DNA from: Candidatus Aminicenantes bacterium UBA2190
Lineage (GTDB): Bacteria; Acidobacteriota; Aminicenantia; UBA2199
Direction of reading: 5' to 3'
Assembly (NCBI GenBank): GCA_002335385.1
Contig: DCVK01000061.1
Location: 4,370-68,369 of the forward strand
DNA length: 64,000 nucleotides
Below are positions 17,484 to 27,051 of the stretch, in pieces. Position 1 is the stretch's first letter. Each line of letters starts with the position of its first letter. Position numbers and translations under genes: made by a program. The notes under the pieces were generated by a model, which was given only the letters and a program-made list of their open reading frames with translations, made no database searches and had not been told where the DNA came from.

Positions 17484-18086
17484 CTACTTCACTTCCAGGC
17501 GGCCCTCGATCGCCTTGGCGATCGTCACTTCGTCGGCATAGTCCAGGTCGGCCCCGACCGGCAGGCCGAGGGCGATCCGTGAAATGGTGATTTTATACTG
17601 CCGCAGTATTTCTGTCAAATAATGGGCCGTGGCGCTGCCCTCGGTGGTTGGGCTGGTGGCCAGGATGATCTCGCGGAACCCCCCGCCCCGGATGCGCTGC
17701 AGCAGGCCGGCGATGCGCAGTTCATCGGGGCCGATGCCGCGTATCGGCGAAAGATTGCCCATCAGGACGTGGTAATGGCCGCGGTATAGACCGGTCTTCT
17801 CGATGGAGTGGATGTTGAACGGCTCCTCGACCACGCAGATCTTCTCGGAGTCGCGCTCGGGATCGGAGCAGATCTCGCAGGGGTCGGAAACGGTGATGTT
17901 GTTGCAGCGCGAGCAGTAAAAGGTCTTCTCCCGGGCCTGGACGATGGCCTCGGCCAGGGCCAGGGCGCTCTTTCTTTCGCCGCGCAGCAAAAAAAAGGCG
18001 ATGCGCTGGGCCGACTTGCGGCCGATGCCGGGGATCTTCTTCAGCTCCTCGATCAGCCGGGCCAGCGGCGGCGTGTACTCAGCCAT
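17484..18086 (-). CDS. recR: Recombination protein RecR
   Basis: A helix-hairpin-helix N-terminus (LIEELKKIPGIGRKSAQRIAF), a C4 zinc finger (CSRCNN...CEICSD) and a Toprim domain. Confidence 0.95.
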   Translation of the reverse strand: MAEYTPPLARLIEELKKIPGIGRKSAQRIAFFLLRGERKSALALAEAIVQAREKTFYCSRCNNITVSDPCEICSDPERDSEKICVVEEPFNIHSIEKTGLYRGHYHVLMGNLSPIRGIGPDELRIAGLLQRIRGGGFREIILATSPTTEGSATAHYLTEILRQYKITISRIALGLPVGADLDYADEVTIAKAIEGRLEVK

Positions 18087-18101
18087 GGCTTTCCGGGCGT
18101 T

Positions 18102-18422
18102 TCACATCGCCCCGAAGGGGAAACCGCCCGGCAGGCCGCCGGCTATCCCGCCCATGCTGTCCTTCAGCTTCTCCTCGACCCTGGCCCGGGCATCGTTGAC
18201 CGCGGCCAGGATCAGGTCCTGCAGCATCTCGACGTCGGAGGGATCGACCGCTTCCGGGGCGATGCGCAGGGACTTCAGATGCTTGTGCCCGTCCATGCCC
18301 ACCGTCACCATGCCGCCGCCGGAGTGGCCCTCGACCACCAGGGCGTCCATCTCTTCCTCCATGCGCTTGGCCATGCTCTGGGCCATGCCCATCATCTGGT
18401 TCATGTTCGGCAATTTAGGCAT
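18102..18422 (-). CDS. ybaB: YbaB/EbfC family nucleoid-associated protein
   Basis: MPKLPNMNQMMGMAQSMAKRMEEEM...GGGMVTV typical of YbaB. It lies between dnaX and recR as in many bacteria. Confidence 0.9.
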   Translation of the reverse strand: MPKLPNMNQMMGMAQSMAKRMEEEMDALVVEGHSGGGMVTVGMDGHKHLKSLRIAPEAVDPSDVEMLQDLILAAVNDARARVEEKLKDSMGGIAGGLPGGFPFGAM

Positions 18423-19998
18423 CCTTCCCTCCCTTGACGCTCTCGACGGCAATGACGCTGCCCTTGATCCGGTCCTTGAGGCTTTTGATCTTCTTGTCGT
18501 TCTTCAGTTCCTGGATGATCCGCTCGCCGTCGCTTTTGGCCTGCCCCTCCTTCAGGACGACCTCCAGCCCGAGCTCGCGCCCCGCCAGGCCCTGGGCCAG
18601 TTCGAGCAGATAGGGCCGGTTCTCCTTCATCATCTTCCAGGCGTTCTCCAAATGGGCGGCCACCTCGATGACCAGCGTGTTGCCGCGCAGCGTCAGGCGC
18701 GACGAGCTCAGGACCGAGGCCATGCGCGGCTTCTCCTTCTCGACCCTCCCCTTGAGCTCGGCGAGCCACTCATCCCCTTCCTCCCTGGCGGCAGCGGGCG
18801 CGGCGGCCTTGGGCTCGGGAACGGGCGGCGGCATCGCCGCGGCGATCTGCCGGGGCGCCGCCTCGGGCTTGGCGTCGCGCAGGCGCTTCAGGTATTCCTC
18901 GATGCTGACAAGTGCAGAGAAGTAGCTCAGCTTGAGGAACATGTATTCCAGGATGATCGAGGGGTGCTCGGTGTTGCGGATGGTCTGCTCCAGCTCCTTG
19001 ACGGCGTTGAAGAAGCGCAGCAGCTCGACCTCGCTGACCTCCTTGATCATTTCGCGGATCACCGGGACATTCTCGGGATTGAGATTGTGCAGCCGCTCGC
19101 ACTCGGGGATCGACTTGATGACGATCACGTCGCGGATGAAACGCAGGTACTCGGTATAAAAGAATCTCAGGTCCGTGCCGCGCTCGATCAGCTGGTTGAC
19201 CTGCTCGATGATCCCCTTGCGGTCCTGGCTGAGCACGCAGCGGGTCAGGGCGATGAACGTTTCCTCGGCGATGATGCCCAGGATGGCCACCACGTCGTCG
19301 TCCTTGACGTCGCCGCTGGAGATGGCGATGGCCTGGTCGAGGATCTTCTTGGCGTCGCGCAGGCTGCCCTCGGCCGAGCGCGAGATCAAGTACAGGGCAT
19401 AGTCGGAAACGCGGATGCCCTCCTTCTGGCAAATGTCCTTCAGCACCCCCTTGATCACCTCGAAGGGGATGCGCTTGAACTCGAAGTGCTGGCAGCGCGA
19501 GACGATGGTGGCCGGGATCTTGTGGAAATCGGTGGTGGCCATGATGAAGATCGTATGCTCCGGCGGCTCCTCCACGGTCTTGAGCAGGGCGTTCCAGGCC
19601 GCGTTGGACAGCATGTGCACCTCGTCGATGACCACGATGCGGTAGCGGTTCTTCAGCGGCTTGTACTTGACCGTTTCGCGCAGGCTGCGCACTTCATTGA
19701 CCCCGTTGTTGGAGGCGCCGTCGATCTCCATGTAGTCGGCCGAGTTGTCGTCGGTGATCTCCAGGCAGGTCGGGCACTCGTTGCAGGGCTCGATGGCCGG
19801 CCCCTTTTCGCAGTTCAGGGCCTTGGCCAGGATGCGCGCCGAGGAAGTCTTGCCCACCCCCTTCATGCCGGAAAAAATGAGCGCCGGATAGACCTTGTTC
19901 ATGGCGATGGCGTTCTGCAGCGTCTTGCAGATGGCGGCCTGGCCGATCAGGTCGGCGAACTTCTGCGGCCGGTATTTCCGGGCTAAGGCTAGGTACAT
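18415..19998 (-). CDS. dnaX: DNA polymerase III subunit gamma/tau
   Basis: MYLALARKYRPQKFADLIGQ, GMKGVGKTSSARILAKALNC and a C4 motif CNECPTC. The start is set at 19998 because the 740-aa track ORF reads through the SRP RNA and tRNA-Ser. Confidence 0.93.
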   Translation of the reverse strand: MYLALARKYRPQKFADLIGQAAICKTLQNAIAMNKVYPALIFSGMKGVGKTSSARILAKALNCEKGPAIEPCNECPTCLEITDDNSADYMEIDGASNNGVNEVRSLRETVKYKPLKNRYRIVVIDEVHMLSNAAWNALLKTVEEPPEHTIFIMATTDFHKIPATIVSRCQHFEFKRIPFEVIKGVLKDICQKEGIRVSDYALYLISRSAEGSLRDAKKILDQAIAISSGDVKDDDVVAILGIIAEETFIALTRCVLSQDRKGIIEQVNQLIERGTDLRFFYTEYLRFIRDVIVIKSIPECERLHNLNPENVPVIREMIKEVSEVELLRFFNAVKELEQTIRNTEHPSIILEYMFLKLSYFSALVSIEEYLKRLRDAKPEAAPRQIAAAMPPPVPEPKAAAPAAAREEGDEWLAELKGRVEKEKPRMASVLSSSRLTLRGNTLVIEVAAHLENAWKMMKENRPYLLELAQGLAGRELGLEVVLKEGQAKSDGERIIQELKNDKKIKSLKDRIKGSVIAVESVKGGKDA

Positions 19999-20015
19999 GC
20001 TCTCTCTCTCAACAA

Positions 20016-20114
20016 GGGCCCAGGAGGTCCCGGTCACCTGCGGGATCCTGCTGATTGCTGCTACCTCTCGGTCCTGACAAGGTTCGCAGGCCCGCACCGC
20101 CGGGCTCCTGGGCC
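20016..20114 (-). ncRNA. ffs: Small (4.5S-type) signal recognition particle RNA
   Basis: The minus strand reads GGCCCAGGAG...CCUUGUCAGGACCGAGAGGUAGCAGCAAUCAGCAGG...CUCCUGGGCC. It has the domain IV motif GUCAGG..GNRA..AGCAGC and a 10-bp terminal helix. It sits immediately upstream of dnaX, which is a conserved synteny. Confidence 0.8.
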
Positions 20115-20164
20115 GTTTGTCCTTTTTAACCGGGGCCTTTCCGGCCCCGTGGAACTGGCGAAAA

Positions 20165-20251
<87 letters not shown>

Positions 20252-20422
20252 AGGCGCGTGGACATTGTATAATGATATCGCCCCAAAAGCAAGAGCCGAT
20301 TCGTATATTCGCCGCGCGTCGCGGCAGTTCGCTGTTCGCCTTGCCGTCCTCCGGCAGCCGCAAACCAGGCCCATGGCCATGAGAACGGGGCCTTTGCCGG
20401 ACAAGCCCCGTCCTTGTGCTCT

Positions 20423-23400
20423 TCAAAAAGCGGACAACTTGGCTTTGAAAGGAGCCAATCTGAATTTTGCCTGGAGCGCCAAGGCAGGGAGAAAATAAAA
20501 AAGCTCTTCCACCTCTGAGATCGGCTCGCTGTATCGCGTCTCTGCCGCTCCTGCCAGGCGCTGGATCTCCCCGACCAATTGCTCGGCCAGCCGTTCGCAG
20601 AAGCGAATGAACCATTCCTTGCTGAAGTAGAGTTCATTCCGGAAGCGGTTCACCTGGATGAATTCCCGGACCGGCCCCTGGTCCAGCAAGGCGACAACCA
20701 GTTGGGCGGCGGTGGAGGCGGATCGCTCTCCTCCGCCGCTCGCCGCCGCGGCACAGGCGGCGATCCTTTCCGCGTTCTCGCAGGCGGCGCGCAGCCAGTG
20801 CAGTTCGGGCCCGATCGAATTTTCCTCATCTCCCCGCTCGCGCAGGACGGCCGCCGCGGCCATGTCGAGCCGCCGCTCTTCCCAGAGGACGGAAGCCGGC
20901 GTACCCGCCGGGTGGGCCGTCAACTGGCGCAGGCAGGTGAACAGGATGAAGCGGCGCGCGCGGTCCGGGTCAAGGGCAAGCGGCCGGAGCCGACGGGCCG
21001 TCACGCGGTCATCCTCCCTTTCGCCGCGGCGGCTCCCCCGCGACTGCGCGGACAGTTCGCGCCTGGCCATCAGGTCGGCGATGATCCCCTGGGCAACGGA
21101 ACGGCCCGCGGAGTCGCTGACCAGCTCCGCGGCGCGATCGGCCAGCTCAGCGGCCTTCTGCTCCAGCTCCAGCCACAGGGCGTTCTCGTCCATTCCCCCG
21201 GGGATGGAGTCAAGGAATGAAGCGAAGCGATCGGCCAGTCCCGGCCGGCACATCTCGCGCAGGGCATCGTGCAATGGCTGCAGCGCCAGCTCACGGCACG
21301 CTCCCTCCACGCTGACGACGCCCCTCCCCTGCAGATGGCCGGCCAGCCGCCCGAGGCACCCGCCGGCGTCGTCGGCCAGCTCGCGGAAATCGAGGAACAC
21401 ATGGGTCTGGTAGGCCTCCAGCTCGATGAACATCCCCCGCGTGCACAGTTCCTGGCAGGAGCGGATGTATTCCAGCCCCGAGACCTGGTCGCGGTAGACG
21501 GCGTACCAGCCGGGCTCGTCGCGCAGCCCCAATCCCCTGCCCAGGTCCTCCTGCCGGAGGCGGCGCGGACCGCCGAAGGGATCGTCGCCGGCAAAGGCGG
21601 CCGAGACGCGGATCCAGCCGGCGGTCGCTGCGAAGCGGTTGTGGAACACCACCAGGCTGCGCTCGCTTGCGCTGCGGTTGGAGAAGGCGACGACGTTCTC
21701 GTCGACGCCGGCGGCGGCGAAGAAATCGTACAGGCGAAAGTCCTCCACGCCGGCGAAAAGCGCCCGCCGGCGCAGCAGGGGGAAGACCTGGCGCTCGTGG
21801 CGACGGACCAGATTCTCGTCGGGGCGCTCGTCCAGGTAGGCCCGGCGGTACTCCATGCCGTATTTTTCGCTGAACCCCTCGACCTGGCCGTGGCCGAACA
21901 TCGGCAGCCCCGGGAGAGCCGCCAGCAGCGTGCAGGCGCCGAAATACTTGTCGCCGTCGCCGAATTGCGCCAGCGCCGTATCCTCGTCGGGATTGTTCAT
22001 GAAGTTGACGAAGCGCTTGAGGATCTCGGGATTGAACTCCAACGCGTTCTTCAGCGACTGGCGGAACTTGGCGTTCTCCTCCATCTTCAGGAAGTTCATG
22101 AAGGCGCTGTTGTAGACGCGGTGCATGCCCAGGGTGCGCACGAAATAGGACTCCATCAGCCAGAAGGCCTCGGCCAGCAGCAGGGTGTCGGGGTTCTCCC
22201 GGGCCATGCGATCGACCACTTCGCGCCAGAACTCCCAGGGCATGACCCGGTGGAACTGCTCCTGGGTCATCCCCATGCCGGCGCGCGAGGGAATGTCGCC
22301 CCCGCTCCCCGGCGGGGGGAACCACAGCCGCTGATAGTGCCGGCGCGCCAGGGTCATGGCCGCGTCAAAGCGGATGATGGGGAACTTGCGGGACACCTCC
22401 AGGATGCCCTGCAGGACGGCCTCGCGCACGTCGGGCCGCAGGTAGTTCAGCTGGGCCGTGTCGTTCCAGGGCATGCGCGTGCCGTCGTTGCCGTGGTAGA
22501 TGTAGCGCTCGCGGCCGCTGCGGCGGTCGACCCATTTGAACACCACGGCGGCATCGCTGCGGTCGTAGTAGTGGTCCTCGAGGTAGATGCCCACCCGCGG
22601 GTCGTGCGACAGGTCCTCGCCCGTGAAACGGTAGGAGGGAAAGGGGCTGTGATCGAGCGATACGAACCATTCAGGGTGCTCCACCACCCAGGGCGAGTCG
22701 ATGCCCATGTGATTGGGGACCATGTCCGAGGCCAGGCGGATGCCCCGGGACCAGGCGCGGCGCCGCAGGTTCTCCAGGGCCGCCTCGCCTCCCAGGTCGG
22801 CGGCGATCTCGTAGCGGTAGAGTGAATAGGCCGAGGCCATGGCCTCAGGGTTGCCGCACTTCTGCTTGATGCGCCGCGAGGCGGGGCTGCGCTCCCAGAC
22901 GCCGATCAGCCAGAGGCCGGTGAAGCCCCAGCGGGCCAGCATATCCAGCTCTTCGTCGGGGATGCCGTCCAGGGTGGCGATGGGCCGGTCGTATCTGCGG
23001 CTGAGCTGGTCGAGCCACACATAGACGGTCTTGGCCATCAGCACCAGGCGCGGCATCCAGTCGCGGTCGGGCGAGAAGCGTTCGGCCTCCTCGCTGTCCC
23101 GGCCCTGCTCCTCCGTTTGGGCGGCGTCGAAGACCTGGGCGGGACCTGGACCCGGGAAGAATTTTTTCTCATCCTCGCGGATCAGGTCGCCGCCCAGGAG
23201 GATGCGCTCCAGGAACTTGCCCAGCAGCAGCCCCCATTTTTCGCGGATGAACTGCAGCTGCCCCGCCAGCGACCCGGGGAACGCCAGCGCCGGGCTGCGC
23301 AGCATGTCGACCAGGTTCTGTCCGTCGGGGCCGAAGGGCGGCAGGCGGGAAAAGAAATTCCGCGCCAGGTCCGGCAGGCTCGGGTACACCGAGTCCCGGG

Positions 23401-23998
23401 CCAGCCCCTCGTCGGCGAACAGCTCGCGGAAGGGAGCGAAAGCGGGGTTGGCGTTGGCCAGCCAAAGCAGCAGCAGCTCCTCCAGGACCGTCTCGCGGTT
23501 GGGGACCCCCTGGGTCGTTCCCAGCAGGTACTCCTCCGGGGCGATGCGGCCCTGGTACACGTCCAGCGGGGGGAAATCCTGGCAGAAGCGCAGCAGAGCC
23601 CGGCGCACCTCGCCGGCGCCGGCCTTTTTTTCCAGCTCGGCGGTCAATTCCCTGAAAACCTGGGGGCGCACCTGCGCCGCATAGAGGGAGGCCACGTAGT
23701 GCAGGATCTCGTCGATCAGACCCATGGCGTTCAAGGCCCCGGCGCGCACCGTTCCCTGCGGAGCCTCCTGGCCGCGGCCTTCGTTCATTTTCTGGGCGAA
23801 GATGCGCACGGCCTGGTAGTCGGCCAGGATCACGTTGCCGGAGAGGGAGAACAGGGCCTGGTTGAACTGGAAGCGCGTGCGGCAGGCGCGGGAGACATGG
23901 AACTCCCTGGCGGCACGCGGCAGTTCAAGCCGCAGGCCGGCGAACGGCTCCAGGTTGATCAGGCGCAGCCGCAGGCACGCTCGACCCGGTTTTCGCAT
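20423..23998 (-). CDS. Large alpha-amylase (GH13-like) family protein with N- and C-terminal extensions
   Basis: GH13-type regions DMVPNH, IIRFDAAMTL, LLLAEAFW and FMNNPDED lie in the centre of an 1191-aa ORF. The start is set at MRKPGRA (23998) so that it does not overlap the MFS gene. Confidence 0.75.
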   Translation of the reverse strand: MRKPGRACLRLRLINLEPFAGLRLELPRAAREFHVSRACRTRFQFNQALFSLSGNVILADYQAVRIFAQKMNEGRGQEAPQGTVRAGALNAMGLIDEILHYVASLYAAQVRPQVFRELTAELEKKAGAGEVRRALLRFCQDFPPLDVYQGRIAPEEYLLGTTQGVPNRETVLEELLLLWLANANPAFAPFRELFADEGLARDSVYPSLPDLARNFFSRLPPFGPDGQNLVDMLRSPALAFPGSLAGQLQFIREKWGLLLGKFLERILLGGDLIREDEKKFFPGPGPAQVFDAAQTEEQGRDSEEAERFSPDRDWMPRLVLMAKTVYVWLDQLSRRYDRPIATLDGIPDEELDMLARWGFTGLWLIGVWERSPASRRIKQKCGNPEAMASAYSLYRYEIAADLGGEAALENLRRRAWSRGIRLASDMVPNHMGIDSPWVVEHPEWFVSLDHSPFPSYRFTGEDLSHDPRVGIYLEDHYYDRSDAAVVFKWVDRRSGRERYIYHGNDGTRMPWNDTAQLNYLRPDVREAVLQGILEVSRKFPIIRFDAAMTLARRHYQRLWFPPPGSGGDIPSRAGMGMTQEQFHRVMPWEFWREVVDRMARENPDTLLLAEAFWLMESYFVRTLGMHRVYNSAFMNFLKMEENAKFRQSLKNALEFNPEILKRFVNFMNNPDEDTALAQFGDGDKYFGACTLLAALPGLPMFGHGQVEGFSEKYGMEYRRAYLDERPDENLVRRHERQVFPLLRRRALFAGVEDFRLYDFFAAAGVDENVVAFSNRSASERSLVVFHNRFAATAGWIRVSAAFAGDDPFGGPRRLRQEDLGRGLGLRDEPGWYAVYRDQVSGLEYIRSCQELCTRGMFIELEAYQTHVFLDFRELADDAGGCLGRLAGHLQGRGVVSVEGACRELALQPLHDALREMCRPGLADRFASFLDSIPGGMDENALWLELEQKAAELADRAAELVSDSAGRSVAQGIIADLMARRELSAQSRGSRRGEREDDRVTARRLRPLALDPDRARRFILFTCLRQLTAHPAGTPASVLWEERRLDMAAAAVLRERGDEENSIGPELHWLRAACENAERIAACAAAASGGGERSASTAAQLVVALLDQGPVREFIQVNRFRNELYFSKEWFIRFCERLAEQLVGEIQRLAGAAETRYSEPISEVEELFYFLPALALQAKFRLAPFKAKLSAF

Positions 23999-24060
23999 GG
24001 TTTGGTTCACCCGCTCACGATAGCATACTGCCGGGCAAAAAGGAACGCGGCGGGCGGCTT

Positions 24061-25281
24061 TCACGGCCTGGAGGATGCAGGGCGCCATTTGGCGATGAGC
24101 AGCAGCGCCAGCAGGGCCATGGCCGCTCCGAAATAGAAGGGAGCCGCCGGTCCGAAACCGCCCCACTTGCCCGTCCCGTCCCAGAGGATGCCGGCAAGGT
24201 AGGAAGCGGGCAGGTCGGTCAGACCGAGCACGGCGTTGTACGTGCCATAGGCCATGCCGCGGGACTCGGCCGGAACCAGATCGGCGACCAGCGCCTTGCC
24301 GGTGCCATAGCTCAATCCGTAGTAGGCGCCGTAGACGACGAAGAGGACGATGATATGCGCGGTCGAGCGGGCCATGGCCAGTCCCAGGTAGGCCAGGGCA
24401 TAGATGGCCCAGCCGGCCATGAGTACGCGGCGGCGGCCGACGCGGTCCGAGAGCTTGCCGGCGGGCAGTGATACCGCGGTATAGACGAAATTGAAGGCCA
24501 GCAGCATGGCCAGGATGCCCACGACCGACAAACCGCGCTCCTGGGCGCGCAGGATGATGAAGGCGTCGGAAGAGTTGCCCAATTCGAAGATCCCGACCAT
24601 GATGACGAAATACCTGAAATCCCTGCCCAGGGAGAGGAAGGCGAATTTCGGCAGGCGCGCGACACCGGGCACCGCGATCTCCCGGACGCCCACGGCCAGC
24701 ACGATCACCGCAATGAAGGCCGGCAGCAGGCTGGCCAGGACGATGATGCGGAACGTCCCGCCCAGCAGCTCGTTGCCACCTCGCTGCAGGAACCAGGTGA
24801 GGGCCAGGGCGATGAGCAGGCCGCAGAAGGCGCCGGCGGTATCGGCGGCGCGGTGGAAGCCGAAGGCATAGCCGCGCTGCGCGGGGGGAGTGGAGTCGGC
24901 CACCAGGGCGTCGCGCGGGGCGGTGCGGATCCCCTTGCCGACCCGGTCGCTCCAGCGGGCGGCGGCCACCACGCCCCAGGAGCGGGCAAAATAGAACAGC
25001 GGCTTGCTCAGCGCCGAAATGCCGTAGCCGAGCACGGCCAGCGCCTTTCTTTTCCGCAACTTGTCGGAGAGCCAGCCGGAGAACATCTTCAGCAGGCTGG
25101 AGGAGGATTCGGCCACCCCCTCGATGAGGCCGATGACGCTGGTCTTCACTCCCAGGACGTTCTTCATGAAGAGAGGCAGGGTGTTCATCACCATCTCGCT
25201 GGAGATGTCGGTGAGGAAGCTCGTGACCGCCACGATCCTGACATTGCGCGGCAATTTCCGCAGCGGTTCGTTTTCAGCCAT
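24061..25281 (-). CDS. MFS transporter
   Basis: About 12 TM segments and the loop motif GWLSDKLRKRK between TM2 and TM3. The start is MAENEPLRKLP (25281), preceded by GAGGTG. Confidence 0.8.
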   Translation of the reverse strand: MAENEPLRKLPRNVRIVAVTSFLTDISSEMVMNTLPLFMKNVLGVKTSVIGLIEGVAESSSSLLKMFSGWLSDKLRKRKALAVLGYGISALSKPLFYFARSWGVVAAARWSDRVGKGIRTAPRDALVADSTPPAQRGYAFGFHRAADTAGAFCGLLIALALTWFLQRGGNELLGGTFRIIVLASLLPAFIAVIVLAVGVREIAVPGVARLPKFAFLSLGRDFRYFVIMVGIFELGNSSDAFIILRAQERGLSVVGILAMLLAFNFVYTAVSLPAGKLSDRVGRRRVLMAGWAIYALAYLGLAMARSTAHIIVLFVVYGAYYGLSYGTGKALVADLVPAESRGMAYGTYNAVLGLTDLPASYLAGILWDGTGKWGGFGPAAPFYFGAAMALLALLLIAKWRPASSRP

Positions 25282-25368
25282 GTGTGCACCTCGCGCTGAT
25301 TGGGAAAAGGCGATTATACCCCAAATGAAGCGACGACGAAAATTTACTCGCCGCGGCGATTCTGCTAC

Positions 25369-25385
25369 AATGAAAATGATCATGA
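25369..25385 (+). promoter_or_regulatory. Fur-family (Zur?) box-like sequence overlapping the znuA -10 region and start
   Basis: AATGAAAATGATCATGA contains the perfect palindrome ATGATCAT. By hand it matches about 12 of 16 positions of the classical Fur box core AATGATAATCATTATC. It overlaps TACAAT (25366-25371). Confidence 0.3.
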
Positions 25386-26287
25386 GGGCTTATCGCGTTT
25401 TCCCCGTGGCCATGCTGCTGGCCGTCCTGCTGCCGGGAGACCTGACGGCCGGCGCTGCCGACAAGCCGCTGGTGCTGGCCGCGACCATTTTCCCTGCCGT
25501 CGACATCGTCCGCCGCGTCGCCGGCCCCGACGTACGCGTCATTCAGGTCCTGCCCGCCGGCGCCTCGCCCCATACCTTCGACCTGACGCCGGCGAGGATC
25601 AGGGAACTCCAGGCGGTCCGCGTCATTTTCAAGATCGGCGGCATCGATGACTGGATCGACGGCGTCGGCGAAAGCCTGCCGCGCGCGGCCGTCGTCGCGC
25701 TGCACAAGGGCATCGTCCGGCGGCCGTTTCACGGGCATGGTCACGGCCACGATCACGGCTCTCCGCAGCACGGGGAGGATTTCGACCCGCATTACTGGCT
25801 GAACGCGGAAAACGGGATGATCATGGCCCGGAATGTCGCGGCGGCGCTGGCGGCCCTCGATCCCGGTCGGGCGGCCGTCTATGAGGAAAATCGCCGCGGA
25901 TATTCCCGGGAACTGGCGCGCCTGCACGATGAATTGAAAACCGTCCTGTCCGGCCTGAAACAGAACCGCATGATCGTGTTCCACGACGCCTGGCGCTATT
26001 TCGCCGCCGCCTACGGGCTGGAGATCGCGGCGGTCTTTCAGGCGTCGCCGGGCCAGGAACCCACCCCGCGCAGCCTGCAGAAAATTTACGAACTGGCCGA
26101 AACGTCTGGGACCCGGGTGATCTTTTCCGAGCCGCAACTGCCGGCCACCAGTATAGAACCCCTGCGGCGCGATCTGGGATTGCGGCTGGTCGTCCTCGAT
26201 CCCCTCGGCGGGGCCGCTCCCGGCGATTCCTACGCCGGCATGCTGCGCCGCATCGCGCGGGCGGTGCGCCTCGCCCTGGAGCGCTGA
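25370..26287 (+). CDS. znuA: Zinc ABC transporter substrate-binding protein
   Basis: Cluster A-I SBP with a signal peptide and the His-rich loop HGHGHGHDHGSPQHGEDFDPHYW characteristic of ZnuA. The start could be 25370, 25376 or 25382. Confidence 0.88.
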   Translation: MKMIMRAYRVFPVAMLLAVLLPGDLTAGAADKPLVLAATIFPAVDIVRRVAGPDVRVIQVLPAGASPHTFDLTPARIRELQAVRVIFKIGGIDDWIDGVGESLPRAAVVALHKGIVRRPFHGHGHGHDHGSPQHGEDFDPHYWLNAENGMIMARNVAAALAALDPGRAAVYEENRRGYSRELARLHDELKTVLSGLKQNRMIVFHDAWRYFAAAYGLEIAAVFQASPGQEPTPRSLQKIYELAETSGTRVIFSEPQLPATSIEPLRRDLGLRLVVLDPLGGAAPGDSYAGMLRRIARAVRLALER

Positions 26288-26289
26288 CC

Positions 26290-27051
26290 ATGGCCCCCGT
26301 CCTGGAAGTGAAAGACCTCAGCGTGCGCTTCGCCGGCGTCGCGGCGCTGGAGCACGTCAGCTTCACCATTGAAAAAGAGGCCATCATCGCCGTGATCGGC
26401 CCCAACGGCTCGGGCAAAACCACCCTGCTGAAGGCGATCCTCGGGCTGGTGCCCTGCCAGGGCCAGGTCCGCCTCTACTCCAGGCCGGTGCGACAGATGC
26501 TGCCGCAGCTGGGTTATGTGCCGCAGCATTTCGCCTTCGACAGCACGTTCCCGCTGACCGTCGAGGAGTTCATCGCCCTGACCTGCCGCACCCCGGAGCG
26601 CCTGCCCGTCCACGGCATCCTCGCCGAGGTGGGCATGAACGCATTCAAGGGCAAGCTGATCGGCGAATTGTCGGGCGGGCAGCTGCAGCGCGTGCTGCTG
26701 GCCCATGCCCTGCTGCACCGCCCGCGCATCCTGTTCCTCGACGAGGCCACCAGCGGCATCGACATCGAGGGTCAGGGAGACTTCTATGCGACCATCCAGA
26801 GACTGAACCGCGAGCACGGCGTGACCGTCATGATGGTCTCCCACGAGATCAGCATGGTCTACAGGTTCACCGACCGCATCATCTGCCTGAACCGCGACCT
26901 GATCTCCCACGGCGAGACGCGCAGCACCCTGACCGCCGAGGTTCTCAAGAAGCTGTATGGCGAGAACGCCGGCTTCACCGTCCACGGCCACGAGGCCGTA
27001 CTGCCGCGCTCCGAGGCGGCCCGCGCCGGCAGCGGGCGGGGCCATGGCTGA
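26290..27051 (+). CDS. znuC: Zinc ABC transporter ATP-binding protein
   Basis: Walker A GPNGSGKTT, signature LSGGQLQR and Walker B LFLDEATSGID. Confidence 0.9.
   Translation: MAPVLEVKDLSVRFAGVAALEHVSFTIEKEAIIAVIGPNGSGKTTLLKAILGLVPCQGQVRLYSRPVRQMLPQLGYVPQHFAFDSTFPLTVEEFIALTCRTPERLPVHGILAEVGMNAFKGKLIGELSGGQLQRVLLAHALLHRPRILFLDEATSGIDIEGQGDFYATIQRLNREHGVTVMMVSHEISMVYRFTDRIICLNRDLISHGETRSTLTAEVLKKLYGENAGFTVHGHEAVLPRSEAARAGSGRGHG

Noticed and set aside
17944-19986. A very long plus-strand ORF (680 aa), together with many similar antisense ORFs in the track: 281-1291, 4381-5829, 7677-9308, 9169-10716, 12497-13894, 14814-16217, 21269-22825, 35697-36914, 38417-40231, 42654-44225, 45070-46788, 47613-49235, 54622-56034 and 58835-60178.
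   Set aside because: Each lies antisense to a gene with unmistakable family motifs (dnaX, pgi, larC, sppA, hslU and others). Their translations are low-complexity G/A/R/D/H/Q/L-rich strings with no recognisable motifs. This is the usual stop-codon-poor antisense frame of GC-rich DNA.
18415-19998. A programmed -1 frameshift site (A AAA AAG-type) in dnaX.
   Set aside because: No A-rich slippery heptamer (a T-run on the plus strand) was found within the gene.
23999-24166. An N-terminal 56-aa extension of the GH13-like ORF.
   Set aside because: It overlaps the 3' end of the MFS gene and has a Gly/Arg/Ala-rich junk composition. An internal ATG at 23998 gives a clean intergenic gap.
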